Shown here piece by piece: positions 24,721-38,831 of a stretch of DNA of 64,000 nt. The translations under genes were made by a program, and so were the position numbers. Origin of the DNA: Sphaerodactylus townsendi. Taxonomy: Eukaryota. How positions within the stretch are numbered: the first letter of the stretch is position 1; the number at the start of each line of letters is the position of its first letter. The stretch covers positions 78,368,001 to 78,432,000 of the forward strand of contig NC_059435.1 in assembly GCF_021028975.2 (NCBI RefSeq), written 5' to 3'. The notes under the pieces are model-generated. The model ran no database searches and was not told where the DNA came from. It saw only the letters and a program-made list of their open reading frames with translations.

Positions 24721-26230
24721 CTGTGGCAGGAAGACACAACCGGCAGCAGAACCTGTCACACTTGACAGCCACCCCAGTGATATGTCCCACCCCAGATTAT
24801 GGGATGAAAACCACCCCTCCATTCAACTGGGATATCGGCAACAGTCTCCTGCCTCCAACTGGCTACTAGTCCCCCCTCCCCTGCATGCATTGCTGCATCT
24901 GCAAGAGCTGCACCATCACCCCCACTGCTCAGGAGGGAGAGGCCGACGCACCCTAATATGCACCCCCACCCCACCCCGCCTGCCGCGTGTGAGCACCTGC
25001 TGGGGCTGTGAGCCTCCTTCCCCACCGTTGCCAAGCCCAACTGCACGAAGGGGGAGAGCACCCTGCAGGCCTCAAGTGCAAAGAGGGTGCAATATTTGCA
25101 GGGGGTGGGGTGTTTCACACTCCATGCGGGCCTAACAGCCAAGGGGGTCTGCCAGAGAATCAACAGCCGAGGGTCGACTGGGGGATCGGGGCCACCCTGC
25201 CACTGCGTAGAAGGGAGTGGATCCGCCTCCCCCCTGCGCTCAAGTCCTGCATGAAGGGACAGAGTCAGAGAGGGGGGCTGCAGCCCCCTTCATCCACTCC
25301 ACAGCCCGAGGGGGGGGGAAGGCAGGAGGGACGAGAAGGGAGCAAACAGAGAGGAAATGACCCCTCCCCACACTTCCTGGACACTGTCTGGGAAAAAGGA
25401 AAGTGCCGCTTCTGCTCCCTCAGGGTGGAGAGGAGTCCTGGAGGGGACGGGGCCAAGGAGAGAGCAGGGGTGGCACCGACCCCTTTGCTCCGGAGGAGGG
25501 GGAGGGCAAGACCCTCTCGAGTGGCCCCTCCCACTTCCTTGAGACTTACGGCTTTGAGCTCAGGAGCCCCTCACAGCCCAACCAGACCTCCAGGGCACCA
25601 GGTCTTGGGAGTCAACGCTCCCTTCATCAGATCAGCTGCCCCCGTCTGCGTGGCGGGGAGGGAACAGGAGGGCCTGCCCACCCGGGCTCTTCTGGGCTGC
25701 CTCCCTTGCCACCTCTGGGTGCTTGTGCAGGGCCAAGATTAACATTTTTTGGTTCACCTCAGAGATGGACCAACCTGTCCCCCTCCCCACCCATATTCAG
25801 GAAGTACAAGAAAAGCCCTAAGTGGCCTGAGACCAGACTATTTGCAGGAACCCCCCTTCGGCCATACAGACTGGCCTGGGTGCTGAGGTCGGGTGGGGGG
25901 AGGGGGGCTGCTGGTGGCCCCTTTTCCCTCTGAGGTGAAGGGGGCGGGGGCTGGGAAGAGGGCTTTCTCTGCGATAGCCCCCTCCCTTAGGGAATGCCCT
26001 CCTATCAGAGGCCTGACAGCACCCAGAACACACACCTTTCGGCACATGGTGAAGACCGTCAGTTTTGCTCAGGCGACTGACTGACTGATGCCACCCACCT
26101 GCAGACTGCCGGCATTCTTGGAACTTGCCCGGCTGCACCTGGCGGGCAAAAGGTTAGGGAGGGGGTGGGTTCTTGAGTACTGGGCAATGGCGTTTAGGTA
26201 TGGTTTTAGGAGTTTTTAATATGGCATAGA

Positions 26231-26375
26231 CAGTGGTGGTGAACCTTTGGCACTCCAGATGTTATGGACTACAATTCCCATCAGCCCCTGCCAGCATGGC
26301 CAATTGGCCATGCTGGCAGGGCTGATGGGAATTGTAGTCCATAACATCTGGAGTGCCAAAGGTTCGCCATCACGG
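26231..26375. mobile_element. Palindromic hAT-type MITE
   Basis: Full foldback; GCATAG on both flanks. Confidence 0.88.
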
Positions 26376-27707
26376 GCATAGGATATATTTTTTTATAATG
26401 CAGTATGTATTTTTAGACCGTGTAAATCGCTGTGGGGTGTATTTGGAGGGTGAGCTAGAAATCCACTAAATAAATAAATAAATAACCTCAGCTCCAGTGA
26501 CCATCCCATGTCACACGCATCTGACACGTATTGAAACAGCCACTCACAGGAACTGCCCCCCTGAGCTGGCTCCTTCTGCAGGGTGTCCATCTACCACCCA
26601 CCTGGGCTGGAGGCTTCGGGGATCCTGTCCTCCATCTCTTCTGCAGAGTCCTGGCCAGGGGGCCCTTCCACACGCTCCTCCTTGACCACTACTGGGGCTT
26701 CATGTCAGCACCGCCTGTCCAGGGGAGACCACACAGAATGAGACCCTCTCGTCTTGCTCTGCAACCCAGTCATCCCGGCCCCGGGCCTTCCATCAGGGCC
26801 CACAGCACCAACCAGTGAGTCTGAAAGACTAGCCAGAGAGGAGGTGCCAGGACTCAGCCCCCAGATCTCTTACGTCCAAAGGAGACACTCAGCTGCTGAG
26901 CCAGAGCCCTCCCGCCCACCCACCTGCGACCCGCACTGGTGGTTCATGCACGGCAGCCTCAGCACTCTCCCGGAATTGCAGGGAATGCTCCTTCACTGCA
27001 CTTTGCTCCTCGACCGACTCCCATCCCAGTTAATGGGTTTCAAAAGTTTGCTCCAGGTAACCAGAGAGAGCAGATCGAGAGCCATGCAGAGGAAGACCCA
27101 AACATATCCCTGACGGGGGAGGGAGCTCCCTGCTTGGGGCCACACCAGACTAGCCCCCGGATGACCTGCGAGCAGCCAAGGACTCACCAGGCATGTTGGG
27201 CTGAAGCGCTGCTTGCCGCCTGGGCCCGTGCTCCTCCTGGCCCTCCAGGAAGAAAGCACGGAACCGCCTCCTTGGGAACATGGACAGGTTGTGGGGCTGG
27301 ACGTTCTGGCACACTCTCCCAGTGGCCATGAGCAACCGCAGCATGGGCCGTCTTGTGGACATCACAGGCCCCCTCACGCGGGGCTCGTGGAAGGCCGGGA
27401 AAGCACCGCCATGCGGTGGGACTTCATGCCTGCAAGGAGGCCAAGAAGAAGCAATGAATCCACCACGCCCCTCCTTGCAGCGAGATCCAGCGGCGCGGCC
27501 ATCGACGCCTCCCAGGCTCCCTCCTGCCTTATCTCAGGAATCCTGACTGGCCGCTTTTGCTCGCCTGAGCCACCGGGAGGCAGGGTCCGGCTGGGGAGGA
27601 TAATTCCTACGGGGGCCGTCTTCCCTTGACCCTGCAACACATCCTCAGCAGGTGACCCCAGTCCCCAGTGGGTGGTACCTCCCCTTTTGTGATACAGGAG
27701 AGTGGTG

Positions 27708-27853
27708 CAGTGGTGGCGAACCTTTGGTACTCCAGATGTTATGGACTACAATTCCCATCAGCCCCTGCCAGCATGGCCAATTGGCCATGCTGGCAGGGGC
27801 TGATGGGAATTGTAGTCCATAACATCAGGAGTGCCAAAGGTTCGCCACCACGG
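27708..27853. mobile_element. Palindromic hAT-type MITE
   Basis: Full foldback CAGTGGTGGCGAACC...GGTTCGCCACCACGG; TSD not clean. Confidence 0.85.
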
Positions 27854-29099
27854 GGTTGGAGCAACCCCATGAATGTCGGTGCCCTTCATGCTCCAGGCAG
27901 CCTAGATGACCTCTGGTTCCATTCTGCCCTGCACCAGTTCCAAGGGTCTGGGCGAGGTCGAAGCCTCTCACAGAACACAGCACCAAAGGGTTGGAAGGGT
28001 CCACAGAGGCCATCCAGTCCAACCCTTTGCTCCATGCAGGATCAGCCTAGAGCCAAGTGCTTGAAGACTGCCAGTGAGGGGGAGCTGACCCCCTCCCTAG
28101 GCAGCTGACTGCGCAACTGTGGCACGGCTCTTACTGGACATTTTCTCCTTAATATCCAGGTGGAAACATTTCTTGCTGCAATTTGAATCCATTGCTGTGA
28201 GCCCTGCCCTTTGCTGCCGGAGGAGAAGGCCTAAAAAGTGGGCCCAGCAGACAAACCCAAGAATAACCGAAGTGTAGCTACTGAATGACAGTTTATCTCA
28301 AGTCCGTATATTCAGAGAACCGCCCTAGAGCCACCCATATAGCTAAGAATACATTGTGCTTATGTAGCTGTCTTCAGTTTTCCTTCTATTGTTTTCTGTC
28401 CAAGGTTATTTCTGAGCTAGGTCGGGCTGGCCGGCCCTCCCTCCTGCATGGAAGGAACAGGGGCAATGGAGCACGCCATTTCCCAGAGTCTGAGAAGCAG
28501 ATAAGGAAGTAAATTTTGGCAAGCGCAAGGAAAGTATCCCCTTTGTGTACTTTTTGGTCCATTTTCTCAGCAGACAGGCCTCCTCTCCCACGGGGTCAAA
28601 ATCCTCCTTTACTGCCAAGAGGAGCCGGTCCCTCCCTGTCCCCCTCTAAGGGACAACCTTTCAAGGGTTAGTTAACACCCACCAAGAACAGCAAGCAAAA
28701 CTCCCTGCTGACTGGGAGGCCGGCTCTTGGGCAGGCGCTGCCCTGCGGCTCAGGTGGGTGCAGTGGGTGGCTCAGGCGGGCACCGTGGTCAAAGCTGTCC
28801 TCCCTGTCAGCAGGGAGGCCGGGGAGTGCAGGAGCTGGCCTGTGCCCGCGGTGACCCCCTGAGCCGCGGGGACCCTGGGCATCCCCCCCCCGCAATGATC
28901 AAATGCAGTGCACCTGGGGACATGAGATACCCCGTGTCCCCTTTAGTGGCATGCCGCTGCTTGGATCTGAGCAGCCCCAACTAGGAGTCTTGGGGCACCG
29001 ACTGTCAGGAGACTTCGGAAACACGGAGCTCCAACTCATCTGTGGGGGGAAGAGAGACCCCCCCCCCCCCGCCGCCTGGCAGCCCCTCAGTTCACAGGG

Positions 29100-29624
29100 G
29101 GGCATGGAGCCTGCTGGGTCCATGGAGGTCAGTCCAGTGGACTCTTCCCGGGAGTGCCCCCCCCCGCCACCCTCTAGCCCGTGGCGATGCCCCCCCCCCC
29201 CGCTCTGCCACAGCTGTCTGCAGGAAGACCGCTTTGCCCCGGCGCTGGCTGAGAAGAAGGCAACCAGCGGGGGAGGGGGGGAGGGAGGGAAGGGAGGAAG
29301 GTCGGCCAGCCCCCAGCCCCCACCCCCCGCTCGCCAACAGGGTTCCGGCTCAGCCCCCGAAGAGGGGGTCGCCTTCCCTCCCGCCCCGCCGCTGGCATCC
29401 GCTGGCAGCACCCTGGACGGCGCCCCCGGGAGCAGAGCCAGCCAGGCAACGGTCCCCTCGGGGCGCCGCCGCCCCACCGTGGAGGGGGGGGGGAATAGAT
29501 GGACGGAGGGAACTGGCCGACACCCCCTCCCCCCGCGGAACCAATGGGCGGCGAGGGGGGGAGGGAGGGGGCGCACCGGCCAGGGCGGGGGGTGGGGGTG
29601 GGGGTCGCGGCCGGGGACGGGGCG

Positions 29625-29659
<35 letters not shown>

Positions 29660-30300
29660 ACCTCCGGGCCGCCGGCTCTCCCGCGGGGAAGGGGCTCCGC
29701 CAGGCCGGATCGCGCTCCCCTTTGTCGTGGCCGGCCCAGGGACTACAGCTCCCAGCAGGCCCGGGAGGCCCCGCCCTCCAGGTGGGAGGGGCGAAAGGAA
29801 GCCCCGCCCACCCGCGACAGGGCGGCTCGCGCAGGCTCCGCGGTCCACGAGCGCTTCCCGGCCCCTCTCCCGCGGCTGCCTCTTGCCGGAGCCGGGGCGG
29901 GGGGGGCGGGGGCACGTGGAGCTCCCTCCGCCCCGCTGGACCGTAGCCGCACTTGCCCGGGACGGGGCGGCCTTTCTGTCCGGGGCGAGACCTCCCTGCC
30001 CCCCCACCCCCGGGCGGCCTCTGCGGGCCCCTCCTGCGCCTCCCCCCGGAAAAGACCGCCGACGCCCCGGGCACTGGCCTGGAGGCGGGGGGGGGGCAGC
30101 AGTAACTACCGGATCCCGCCCACACGCGGAGTCTCTGCCCCCCCCCTTATGCTCACAGCACCCCACGCCAAAGGGGATCCGTGCCCCCTCCTCCCGGGCT
30201 TCCCCAGTGACCCTGAACAGCCATGTGCTCATGGCTGGTCGTCCACTAGTTTGCAAGGTGGCACCTCAATGCGGGGGTCTCTGTGGCACGGGAGGGGGTC
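29100..30300. promoter_or_regulatory. CpG island, probable promoter of the 11-finger ZNF gene, with a ZNF143/SBS-type motif
   Basis: Very GC- and CpG-rich with GC boxes; ACTACAGCTCCCAGCAGGC at 29742-29760; (GCCT)n at ~29624-29660. Confidence 0.7.
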
Positions 30301-31289
30301 TGCACTACCAGGCCGAGTGGGCAACGCTGGAAACTGCCTCTGACTCAAGGCCAAAAGGCCCCCCACCCAGCAAACCAAGAGGTCACTGAAACCCTGCAAT
30401 CTTCGGACCCTCGCCTGAGCTTCGGACCTGCTGGCGTGTGCTTGGACGGGCCATAGTTCAGAGGCCAAAGACGGATTCCGCTGTCCCGCTGAAAGTGCCC
30501 CACCCGGTGGGGAGCCCCCACCCATCAGGGGTGGGCATGGTGGACGACGCATCAGCCTCTCGAAGAAGAGGCTGGGGGGGGGGGGGGTCATCTAGTTCCC
30601 GAGGGCAGCCATGCAGGTCTGCAGCAAACTGGATTCAAGTTCAGGAGCATCTCAGAAACCCACAAGATTTCCAGTGGGTTCCAGAAGGCACAGCTCTCTT
30701 TGTCAGTCACGATTCCCCAAACCTCATGCGCCCCCATTGTTGGTCGCTGAAGTGCTCACTGGACTCCAACCTACTAGGTTTTTATAGGAGCATATGAAGC
30801 TATTAACTCTGAAATGGTTTCACAGGACTGGGGTGTTGTGGGGTTTGTGGGCTGTAGCAAATGCTACTGGAACACGGCCATACAGCCTGCAAACCCCACA
30901 ACACCCCAGTGATATGGCCTTCGACAGTTTCACAGGACTGCCACTCCGCCAGTGTGGAGCCAGGCCGAAAGTCCACCCACCAATTTGAAGAGAACAGCAA
31001 AGGCTGCTGCTCGGGTAAATGTTGCTTCCTGGCTTGGATGGCCCAGGCGAGCCCCTTCCAGTCAGATAAGCTGGGCCAGCCCATTTGGATGGAAGACCCC
31101 CGGGGAACACCAGGGTTGTGATGCGGACAGGCCACAGCGGGCTCTCTTGCCTGGCAAACCCGGGGGGGGGGGGGGGGGGGCTGTGAGTCCGCTGTGACTT
31201 GGCAGAATCCTGTCCCACCAGCAAAGTGTGAATTGCCAAATAGTCCATGCAGCATAACTGGCTTAAAAAAAAATATATAGAACTACTAA

Positions 31290-31754
31290 TGCTGATGTGT
31301 TTGCCCTTAAAAAAGCCATTTGCGGCCTGGGCCCTGCTTATCTGAGGGACCGTCTCTCCCTATATCACCCTTCTAGGCCCCTCCGCTCATCGGAGGCGGA
31401 CCTACTGGTGATCCCTGGCCCCAAGGCAATCCAGCTGGCCTCTACAAGGGCCAGGGCTTTTACGGCCCTGGCCCCTACCTGGTGGAACAGGCTTCCAGGT
31501 GAGATCAGGGCCCTCCGGGACTTACAAAGTTTCCGCATGGCCTGCAAAATGGACCTGTTCCACTAGACATTTGGCCAGCCGGGATGATGTCAACTCCGCC
31601 ATAAACAACATCTGGCCTCCCTTGGGTACACAAGGGGGGGAGGGAGGGGTTGAAGCCATCTGCAGTTTTAGTATTTTATGTATTATTTTATGTAATTTAT
31701 GTATCATGATATGTTTTAAATTGTTTTATCACTGATGGACACCGCCCTGAGCCT
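31290..31754 (+). mobile_element. L2-like LINE 3' fragment next to the gap
   Basis: ORF 31297-31566 (GLGPAYLRDRL..Y.PSRPLRSS...RAFTALAPTWWNRLP.EIR) is the typical L2 ORF2 C-terminus. Confidence 0.75.
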
Positions 31755-31924
31755 NNNNNNNNNNNNNNNNNNNNNNNNNNNNNNNNNNNNNNNNNNNNNN
31801 NNNNNNNNNNNNNNNNNNNNNNNNNNNNNNNNNNNNNNNNNNNNNNNNNNNNNNNNNNNNNNNNNNNNNNNNNNNNNNNNNNNNNNNNNNNNNNNNNNNN
31901 NNNNNNNNNNNNNNNNNNNNNNNN
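31755..31924. other. Assembly gap (170 N)
   Basis: Run of N. Confidence 1.
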
Positions 31925-32975
31925 CAAAAAACCCTCTAGGGACAGCACCCCAATGTTGAGGTGGAATCTCTTTTCCTTCACCTTGAACACATGACTCCTG
32001 GTCCTGGAGCAGCAGAAAACAAGCTTGCTCCAGAGAGAAGCCACATGCAGCCACAGAGACCACGGTCACCCAGGGGCCCACTGAAGAAGAGCCGGTGCTC
32101 TGATTTCGCCCTCTGCTGCTTGAGCCCCAGATGCAGCAGCACTCTGCCCTCAGGAGAACCCTCCCCAGCGAAGCAATGACCAGGATTCATTTTAATGCAG
32201 GCGGCTGTGGTGTGACGAACCTGCCATTAGGGCTAGCACCGGACAGATTGCCCACTTCAACCAAGCCAGCCATCACTTAAAGCGACCTCTGCTCACAGCC
32301 ATCGCAACGTCCACTAGCAGCAAAGTCCCGCAGGTGATTATGGGGAGGGGTCCATCTTTTTTCCAGACAATGAAACCCCAGACTCTCCAGCTGTCCCGCA
32401 ATCCTCTTGGCTGACCTCTCCTGTTCTTTTCCCAGCTCTGCTGTTTTCTTTCTCAGGTGAGGGGATTGGCATCACACAGTGCTCCAGAGGACAGATCTAT
32501 GCAGGGGCAGCCAAATAGCAGCCATTTTATTTTCTGTCTCTTCTACTATCATTCAATTTGGACGTTGCCTTTTTCACAGTTACGACACATCAATATTTAC
32601 ATTGGGCTGTTCGCTCCGACCCCAAGTTCCCGCTTTCCCTCTTGGCCTCCTATTAGCATCAGTTGCTTATCAACACCGCGCATCATTTGCCACACTGTCA
32701 GCGCACTCATCCAGTGTAGAGATCTCACCGTCTGCCTTGGTGGTCTTCATCCTCCTGAATAATTTCCTGTCATCTGCACATTTGCCGGCCACTGCGCTGC
32801 TTCCCAGTTATTTGGCACAGAGGCAGGTTTTAATGACAAGGTGCACAAACAGACAGGTTAGCAGACCGGGTTCCTGACGGGTTCCCTTACGGCTTCATAT
32901 CTGGGCTCCTTACGGCATCCTGGGCATCTGGACTTGGAGACTTTCTGGTTTTCAGCTTGCTTAGTAGTCCTAGAA

Positions 32976-33474
32976 CAGTTATGGCGAACTCTATAGCTTA
33001 CATCGGGTGCAAGAAGGTGGTGACACTTCCGGAAGAACCCTCTCTGTGGAGCACGCACACACAGAGTCTAGATCAAGTGTGTGGTGGGCAAGAAAAATGC
33101 ACACACACACCTACACACACATCTAGGCTGGCCTGGGCCACTGAGCATGATGTGTGAGGACTGGGGTGAGCAGGGAGGACTCAGCTAGTGGGCCTGGTGC
33201 CTGTGCTCCAGGTGGCTGCTGCCCAAGCGGGGGGAGCACAGAGGAGGCAGAGATGCTAGACAGGCACAGAGCGGTGTGCGCGGGACTTGCTGGAGGCTAG
33301 AGCAGGCTGGGCCCTGCTCAAGCGGGTGGGGCGGAGGAAGAGGGAGCCAACTGGTTTTTTCTAAACCAAAACCTCAGCATTCAGGTTAAATTGCCGGGTT
33401 GGCACTTTGCAATAAATAAGTAGGGTTTGGGTTGCAATTTGGGCACTCGGTCTCAAAAAGGTTCGCCATCACTG
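32976..33474. mobile_element. Non-autonomous hAT element (499 bp)
   Basis: TIRs CAGTTATGGCGAAC / GTTCGCCATCACTG; perfect TSD TCCTAGAA. Confidence 0.85.
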
Positions 33475-35257
33475 TCCTAGAATTTCATCTCTCCTCTCAT
33501 CAATTCACCTCCGCTTTTCTAAAGCCAGCTTTCTCAGATTCAGTTTGGACGGATGCCCCAGGTTGTCTGCAAGGAAAATGATGCAAAAAAGTCCAGCTTC
33601 TCTGCTGTCTCTTGACCATCCTTAAGCAATCTTTCCATTGCCCAGTGGCCGCTCCATAGATGGGTCCCCCCCCCCCCGCCCAGCAGTCCAGTGGAGCAGG
33701 CTGTCAGCTGACATGAACCTTCTGAAGGAGAATCAGGAACATACCACTAAGGAAAAGGGAGCCAGTGAGGGGGAGCTACGTCTGTACTAAAGAAACTGAG
33801 ATTAAATGCTATAGAGTCCAATCCTTTTTTGAAAGACCTCCCCCCCCAACACACACACATAATTGAATGAATGAATGAATCTTTATTTACAGTTAACAAT
33901 CAGTAATAAAATACTGGTTTCACCCTCTGACCACGGCCACACAGCCCGGAAAACCCACCACAACTAGGAATAAAATAATTCATAAAGGGCCAAATTCCAA
34001 ATTTTTACAAACAAAGAGGCAAAAAGCTAAAATATAAAATAGGTGAAGTAAGATGAAATATAAAATAAGACCATGCAATCAGCGAGTGGCACCCTGGCAA
34101 GGGAGGAGCCACCGGCCGCCAGCCGGGGTGCCGCCCCATTGGAGAGGCTGGGCACGGAGACCTGTCTCGCATCTGGCGCCCCCCACCCCACAGGTTCAAA
34201 AGGCATGTGCCGGGGACTTGGGAAGGGTGCCTTGCAAGGGAAAGGGAGGGAGGGAATATGAGGGAATCAAGTATATTTCATACTTATTTTAATATTCCGC
34301 TAAAAGAAATGATGGTCTCCCACCCACTTGCTTTCCTGTATTTATTTACTAAAACACAAAACGGAGCTGAATTACTGGGGATTCTTTGGTCCTCACCCAA
34401 CAGCAAATAGTTCAGTCTCCATTTATTATCTTTTCCAGCCCATTCAGTCAAGTTTGGCTCCAGGATTTCTTCTCTAAGCTTATCCTATAGAGGGCACTGA
34501 AGCAGCCCGTTCACGTGAACCCACTCACATAATTTAGCGCAACTGCAGGCCCCCAGACCCCCCCCCCCCGCCCTCAAGCACAGCGGCGCTCGCCTTTGCT
34601 CGAGACCCTCCAAGGAAGATGTGACAACCTCCCTGCATGACACGTACTTGGACTTCCAAAAGCCCTCCAATAAGTCCTTTGCCAAAGGGATGGGATGAGA
34701 GAACAGGCTGTCTTGCTGACTAGAACTTGGCTAAATTACAGGAGCCAGCAGGACTGGAAAGAGAGTCCTCAAATAATCGAGCACTAGGGGTGACAGTGAA
34801 GGCAGCCAAGCTTGCGGGTGGCACCAAGTCCCTCCAAGCTGGCAAGAGCCCAGCAGATCGCGAGACGTTCCAAAAGGGGGCACTCCAGAGGAGGGGGGGG
34901 GACAGGGGTTGATGGGGCTGAACCAGGTCAAGGCGGAGTGCACAAGAGCGTTGGAGGAGCCGGCAGCAGCAGCAGGAGCCCAGCCCAGCATCCCGACTCA
35001 CACGGTGGCCAGCTGGCCACTCCGAAAGGCCAACGGGGCACAGAGGCCGAGGCCTTCCCCCCTGCCTGTGGACATGGAGGTTCCTTTTGGTCCCTGCGGC
35101 TGAGAGCCACTGATGGAGCCCCCTCTCCTCCAGGATTCTAATTGCCTCTGACACGCATTTATGCTGGGGGCGGCCATCACTACCTCCTCCTTTAAACTAA
35201 CATCATGACGCTGCCTTCTGCCCAGTCCACCCGCGGTCCACCCGGGCCAGTCCTGCC

Positions 35258-38200
35258 CAGTGGTGGGATCCAAAAATTTTAGTAACAGGTTCCCCTGGTG
35301 GTGGGATTCAAACAGTGGCGTAGCCCCAATGGGGCTGGGCGAGGCACGACGGGGGCGTGGCCGGGCATTCCAGGGACAGGGCATTGCTGGGTGGGGCTGT
35401 GTCAAGGACACAGCCGCTGCAGTGGTCCTTGGGCAGGAAATGAATGCACGAAGGCGCAGGCTGCCACGCACGCTGGTGCACCTCCTGCCAGACTGCTTCA
35501 AGTTCTGCGCGCTACTGCTGAGGAGTGGAGGAGCGTAACTAAGGCAAAAATCACGTGGCAAAATCACCCATTAGTAACCCCCTCTCAGCACGAACAAATA
35601 ATTAGTAACCTCCTTCAACTGAAATTACTATATTGGGGGATTTCAATGCGAGAGTGGGTAATAATCTAACCTCATATTTGGAACGTGAAGGTTATGATGA
35701 TAACGATTATGTCTATTCACTCTTACTTCCATCAGAGCGTCATTCTGAGGATACCCAGACCAATTACACTGCTAGGAATCTGATCAGACTCGCTTATCAA
35801 ACATAACATGTTATGGCTCAATGGTCTAAAATGCTATGACTGTTCTAATAATTTCACATTTGTTAGTACGCTGGGGAACAGTGTTATAGATTATTGTTTT
35901 ATGTCACCAAAATTAAGAACTTCAGTCCAGTCTTTTAAGATAGGAGACCTTCTAACTAGGAGATCACCTCTCACTTAACCTTTGTTCTCCATCAGGAAGA
36001 GGGGTGGAGCGTTCCTATGGATACATCTAAAAAAAGAGTATTTACCTACGGCTTTTCTGGACATCCCATTTGGCCCTTACAGCACTAAATGAGCTAATGC
36101 TAATTCTCAGCATCTAGGTAATCCTCTTAAGTGCTTTTTTTATAAGGCAGGTTTAAGCGCTTGTGTGGCAATTGGCAATTTTGAAACATTAATCAAGAGT
36201 ATATCACAGACTATCTTTGTAAAGTCCGTTAAAGCAGAAACCTCCATACAGCAGCACTAGAGGTGCCCCCTGGTTTTGGACAAAGGAGTGCCATGAATTA
36301 AACAAACTAATTCGGTGGCATGCTTACCAACAATTCAAAGAGGATTTAAGAAATCCTGTGTCGGCCTAAGCGATCAAGCTAGTTCAATATATAAAAACTA
36401 CTCTTCATTCTTTAAATGAAAGAGAAACAGGTTCAGTATCGCGCCCGAATCCAGTGGGATCGCTTATATCAAGCTGTAATTCTCCCAAATGACTCAAGAC
36501 CAGTTTTGGGCCTTGACAAAACAGACTTGACTCCAATAAAATGAGAGCGTTTTCTTCCATTCTCCTCCTGAGGTTTGGATAGATCATTTTCTTGCTAAGC
36601 TGTTCCAAAAGGAAGAGACCAGTAACATTTATCACATCCATCTCCATCTATTAGATGATTCCAGAAATGGCCTCCTGTTACAACTCAGGAAATCATGGAT
36701 CTAATAACTGAATTATGGGGAAACTCCCGTAAAGCCTCTGTTGCCCAGATATAATTTCCCCAAGAGATACTGAAGTTAAGCATATAGAGTGGTGGGCACC
36801 CCTTTTGGCCAATCTATTCTACCCAAATCAATGACTCAGGCCTCATTCCTAAGCCTTGGCTATCTGCAGTCATTATTACCTATTTATAAAAAAGGTGACC
36901 CATCGGATCCTGCCAACTTCCGTACCAATCTAGTTTGACATCAGTCATTGGGAAAATATATGCTGAACACTTCTATCCAAACTACAGGCCTGGACGACTC
37001 ATCGGAGCATCATTGCCCCAGACAAAAGAGGCTTCACGAGGGGGAAACCCCCGTTAGACCATGCGATGCTTCTTACAGCATTTGGATTCAATAAATACTC
37101 CAAACGTCCAAGAAGCAAACTTTATGCTGCCTTCATTGATTTGAAGGCAGCTTGTTGACAATAGTCTCTAGAGAGCGCTCTTTGGAATAAATTGGCTGCT
37201 TATACAAGGAATAGACAATAAACTTCTTTCTAATCAGGCAACTTTATACCAACACAAACTGCATGAGTTAAGTGCTCCCACGTGAAGGTCTCAATGACTG
37301 ATTCTATTTCTACCTTTAAAGGTGTGAGAGCAAGGCTGTGTGTTAGCACCAACCCTTTTCAATTTATTTTTGAGTGACCTTCCATCAGCCTTATTGGAAA
37401 TTAATAACCATGCCCCTAAATTAGGAAACTCAAGGCATATTCCCAATACTTCTATATGCTGGATGATACCATCCTTCTATCTTACGCTCCAAAAGTTGGA
37501 CTTAGTCGACTGCTGGGAGAATAGATGTGGGCAGTAACTGTACGAGATAGCGGACTAGTCATCAATTATCAAAAGACCAAGATTTTGATCTTTTGCCAAG
37601 AACTTAATACAAAAAACATAACTGAAGGCGATTAATAAAGTGCCAGTGGAGCAGGGTTAACCAATACAAATATCTTGGAATTACATTTTCTTATAACCTC
37701 TCCTGGTTACCCACACAAAAAAGCTGCTATTGCAGGTGCTACCATCAGTTATTCTGCCATTGCACGCTTCTTTTTTATGGAAAGGGCCATACCCTTGTCC
37801 CCAGCAGCATTAAAAAATCTTTAACTCTAAGATAGAAGCGCAGTTACTTTATGGAGTACACTATCTGGCTCCAAGCAGTTGACGACTCCTTTGAATACCT
37901 CGTCCAATCCAAATTTTCCTCCGTGAAAAAATTATAGGGCCTTAGCCAAATTGTTGTACGTGATGCGGCCCACTCTGTTTAGAACTGGGCCAAAATTCAT
38001 TAGTTTATAGGGCTTGGTTGAGAGCTTTTTTGCAAATTTTGGTCACGCCTGCATTTCTGGCATGATGAGCACTTTCGCTGATTCACCTACTTTTGTCTGA
38101 TACTCAGGCTAATCCATGGTTCTCTCCTGATCGAAAGAAAGATTGAATCAATTTTGGTATATCTCCTTCGACTTCGCTTTTCCCGCTATCTAGTTCCAGA

Positions 38201-38831
38201 GAATCCTACAACTTATTTAAAAGCAAAGAATTGTTGGAAAGCCGAATGGATTAATTTTATTTAGGGGCTGCTAAGTGAAACTTGTTCACCCTATACATCT
38301 TTCAATGCCCTATATCAAAACAGGATGGCTCCCTATTTGTATTTTTCGACTAATCAATGCAGAGAAGAGGCCTCGCACTTTGCGCAAAACTCCAATGTTT
38401 CCACACGGCATTAGTGGGTAGGATTTTAACAACTTGGAAATGAAGCGAAAGGGGTATGCTCTTGTGGTGAACAACAAATTGAAAACATTGGCACATCAAC
38501 TGCTTTATTGCCCTAAATCTGCTAATATCAGATCAAAATATTCCAACATTCTTTCTAGGATACCTAGTGAAATGGAAGAATCAAGTAGACTTCCTTTTCT
38601 TCTGGACAATTCTGACAATGAAACTTGTGAACTGGTTGCACAATTTTTACTGGAGGTGATGCACAATCAATAATTTATATTTTATCTTAAACCTTTGTAT
38701 TTGTATACCTTTTATCTCAGGTTTTTTATTGTGTTATGATTATTGTTATGCCAAATAAAGGCTTATTATTATTATTATAATTAGTAACCTACTCTCGGGA
38801 ACCTGTGAGAACCTGCTGGATCCCACCTCTG
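35258..38831. mobile_element. Non-autonomous hAT element interrupted by a 3.2-kb LINE
   Basis: TIRs CAGTGGTGGGATCC / GGATCCCACCTCTG; perfect TSD GTCCTGCC. Confidence 0.85.
35612..38776 (+). mobile_element. 5'-truncated APE-RT non-LTR retrotransposon (clade uncertain, RTE-X/L1-like) with a C-terminal CCHC-like motif
   Basis: Frameshifted motifs FTFVS..G.SVIDY, GVRQGCVLAPTLFNLF, LLYADD, YKYLGI and CSC-x8-H-x4-C; AATAAA plus (TTA)n tail; 14-bp TSD ATAATTAGTAACCT. Confidence 0.85.

Noticed and set aside
28899-30389. Several 225-433 aa Gly/Pro/Arg/Ala-rich ORFs
   Set aside because: Stop-poor CpG island; low-complexity ORFs on both strands.
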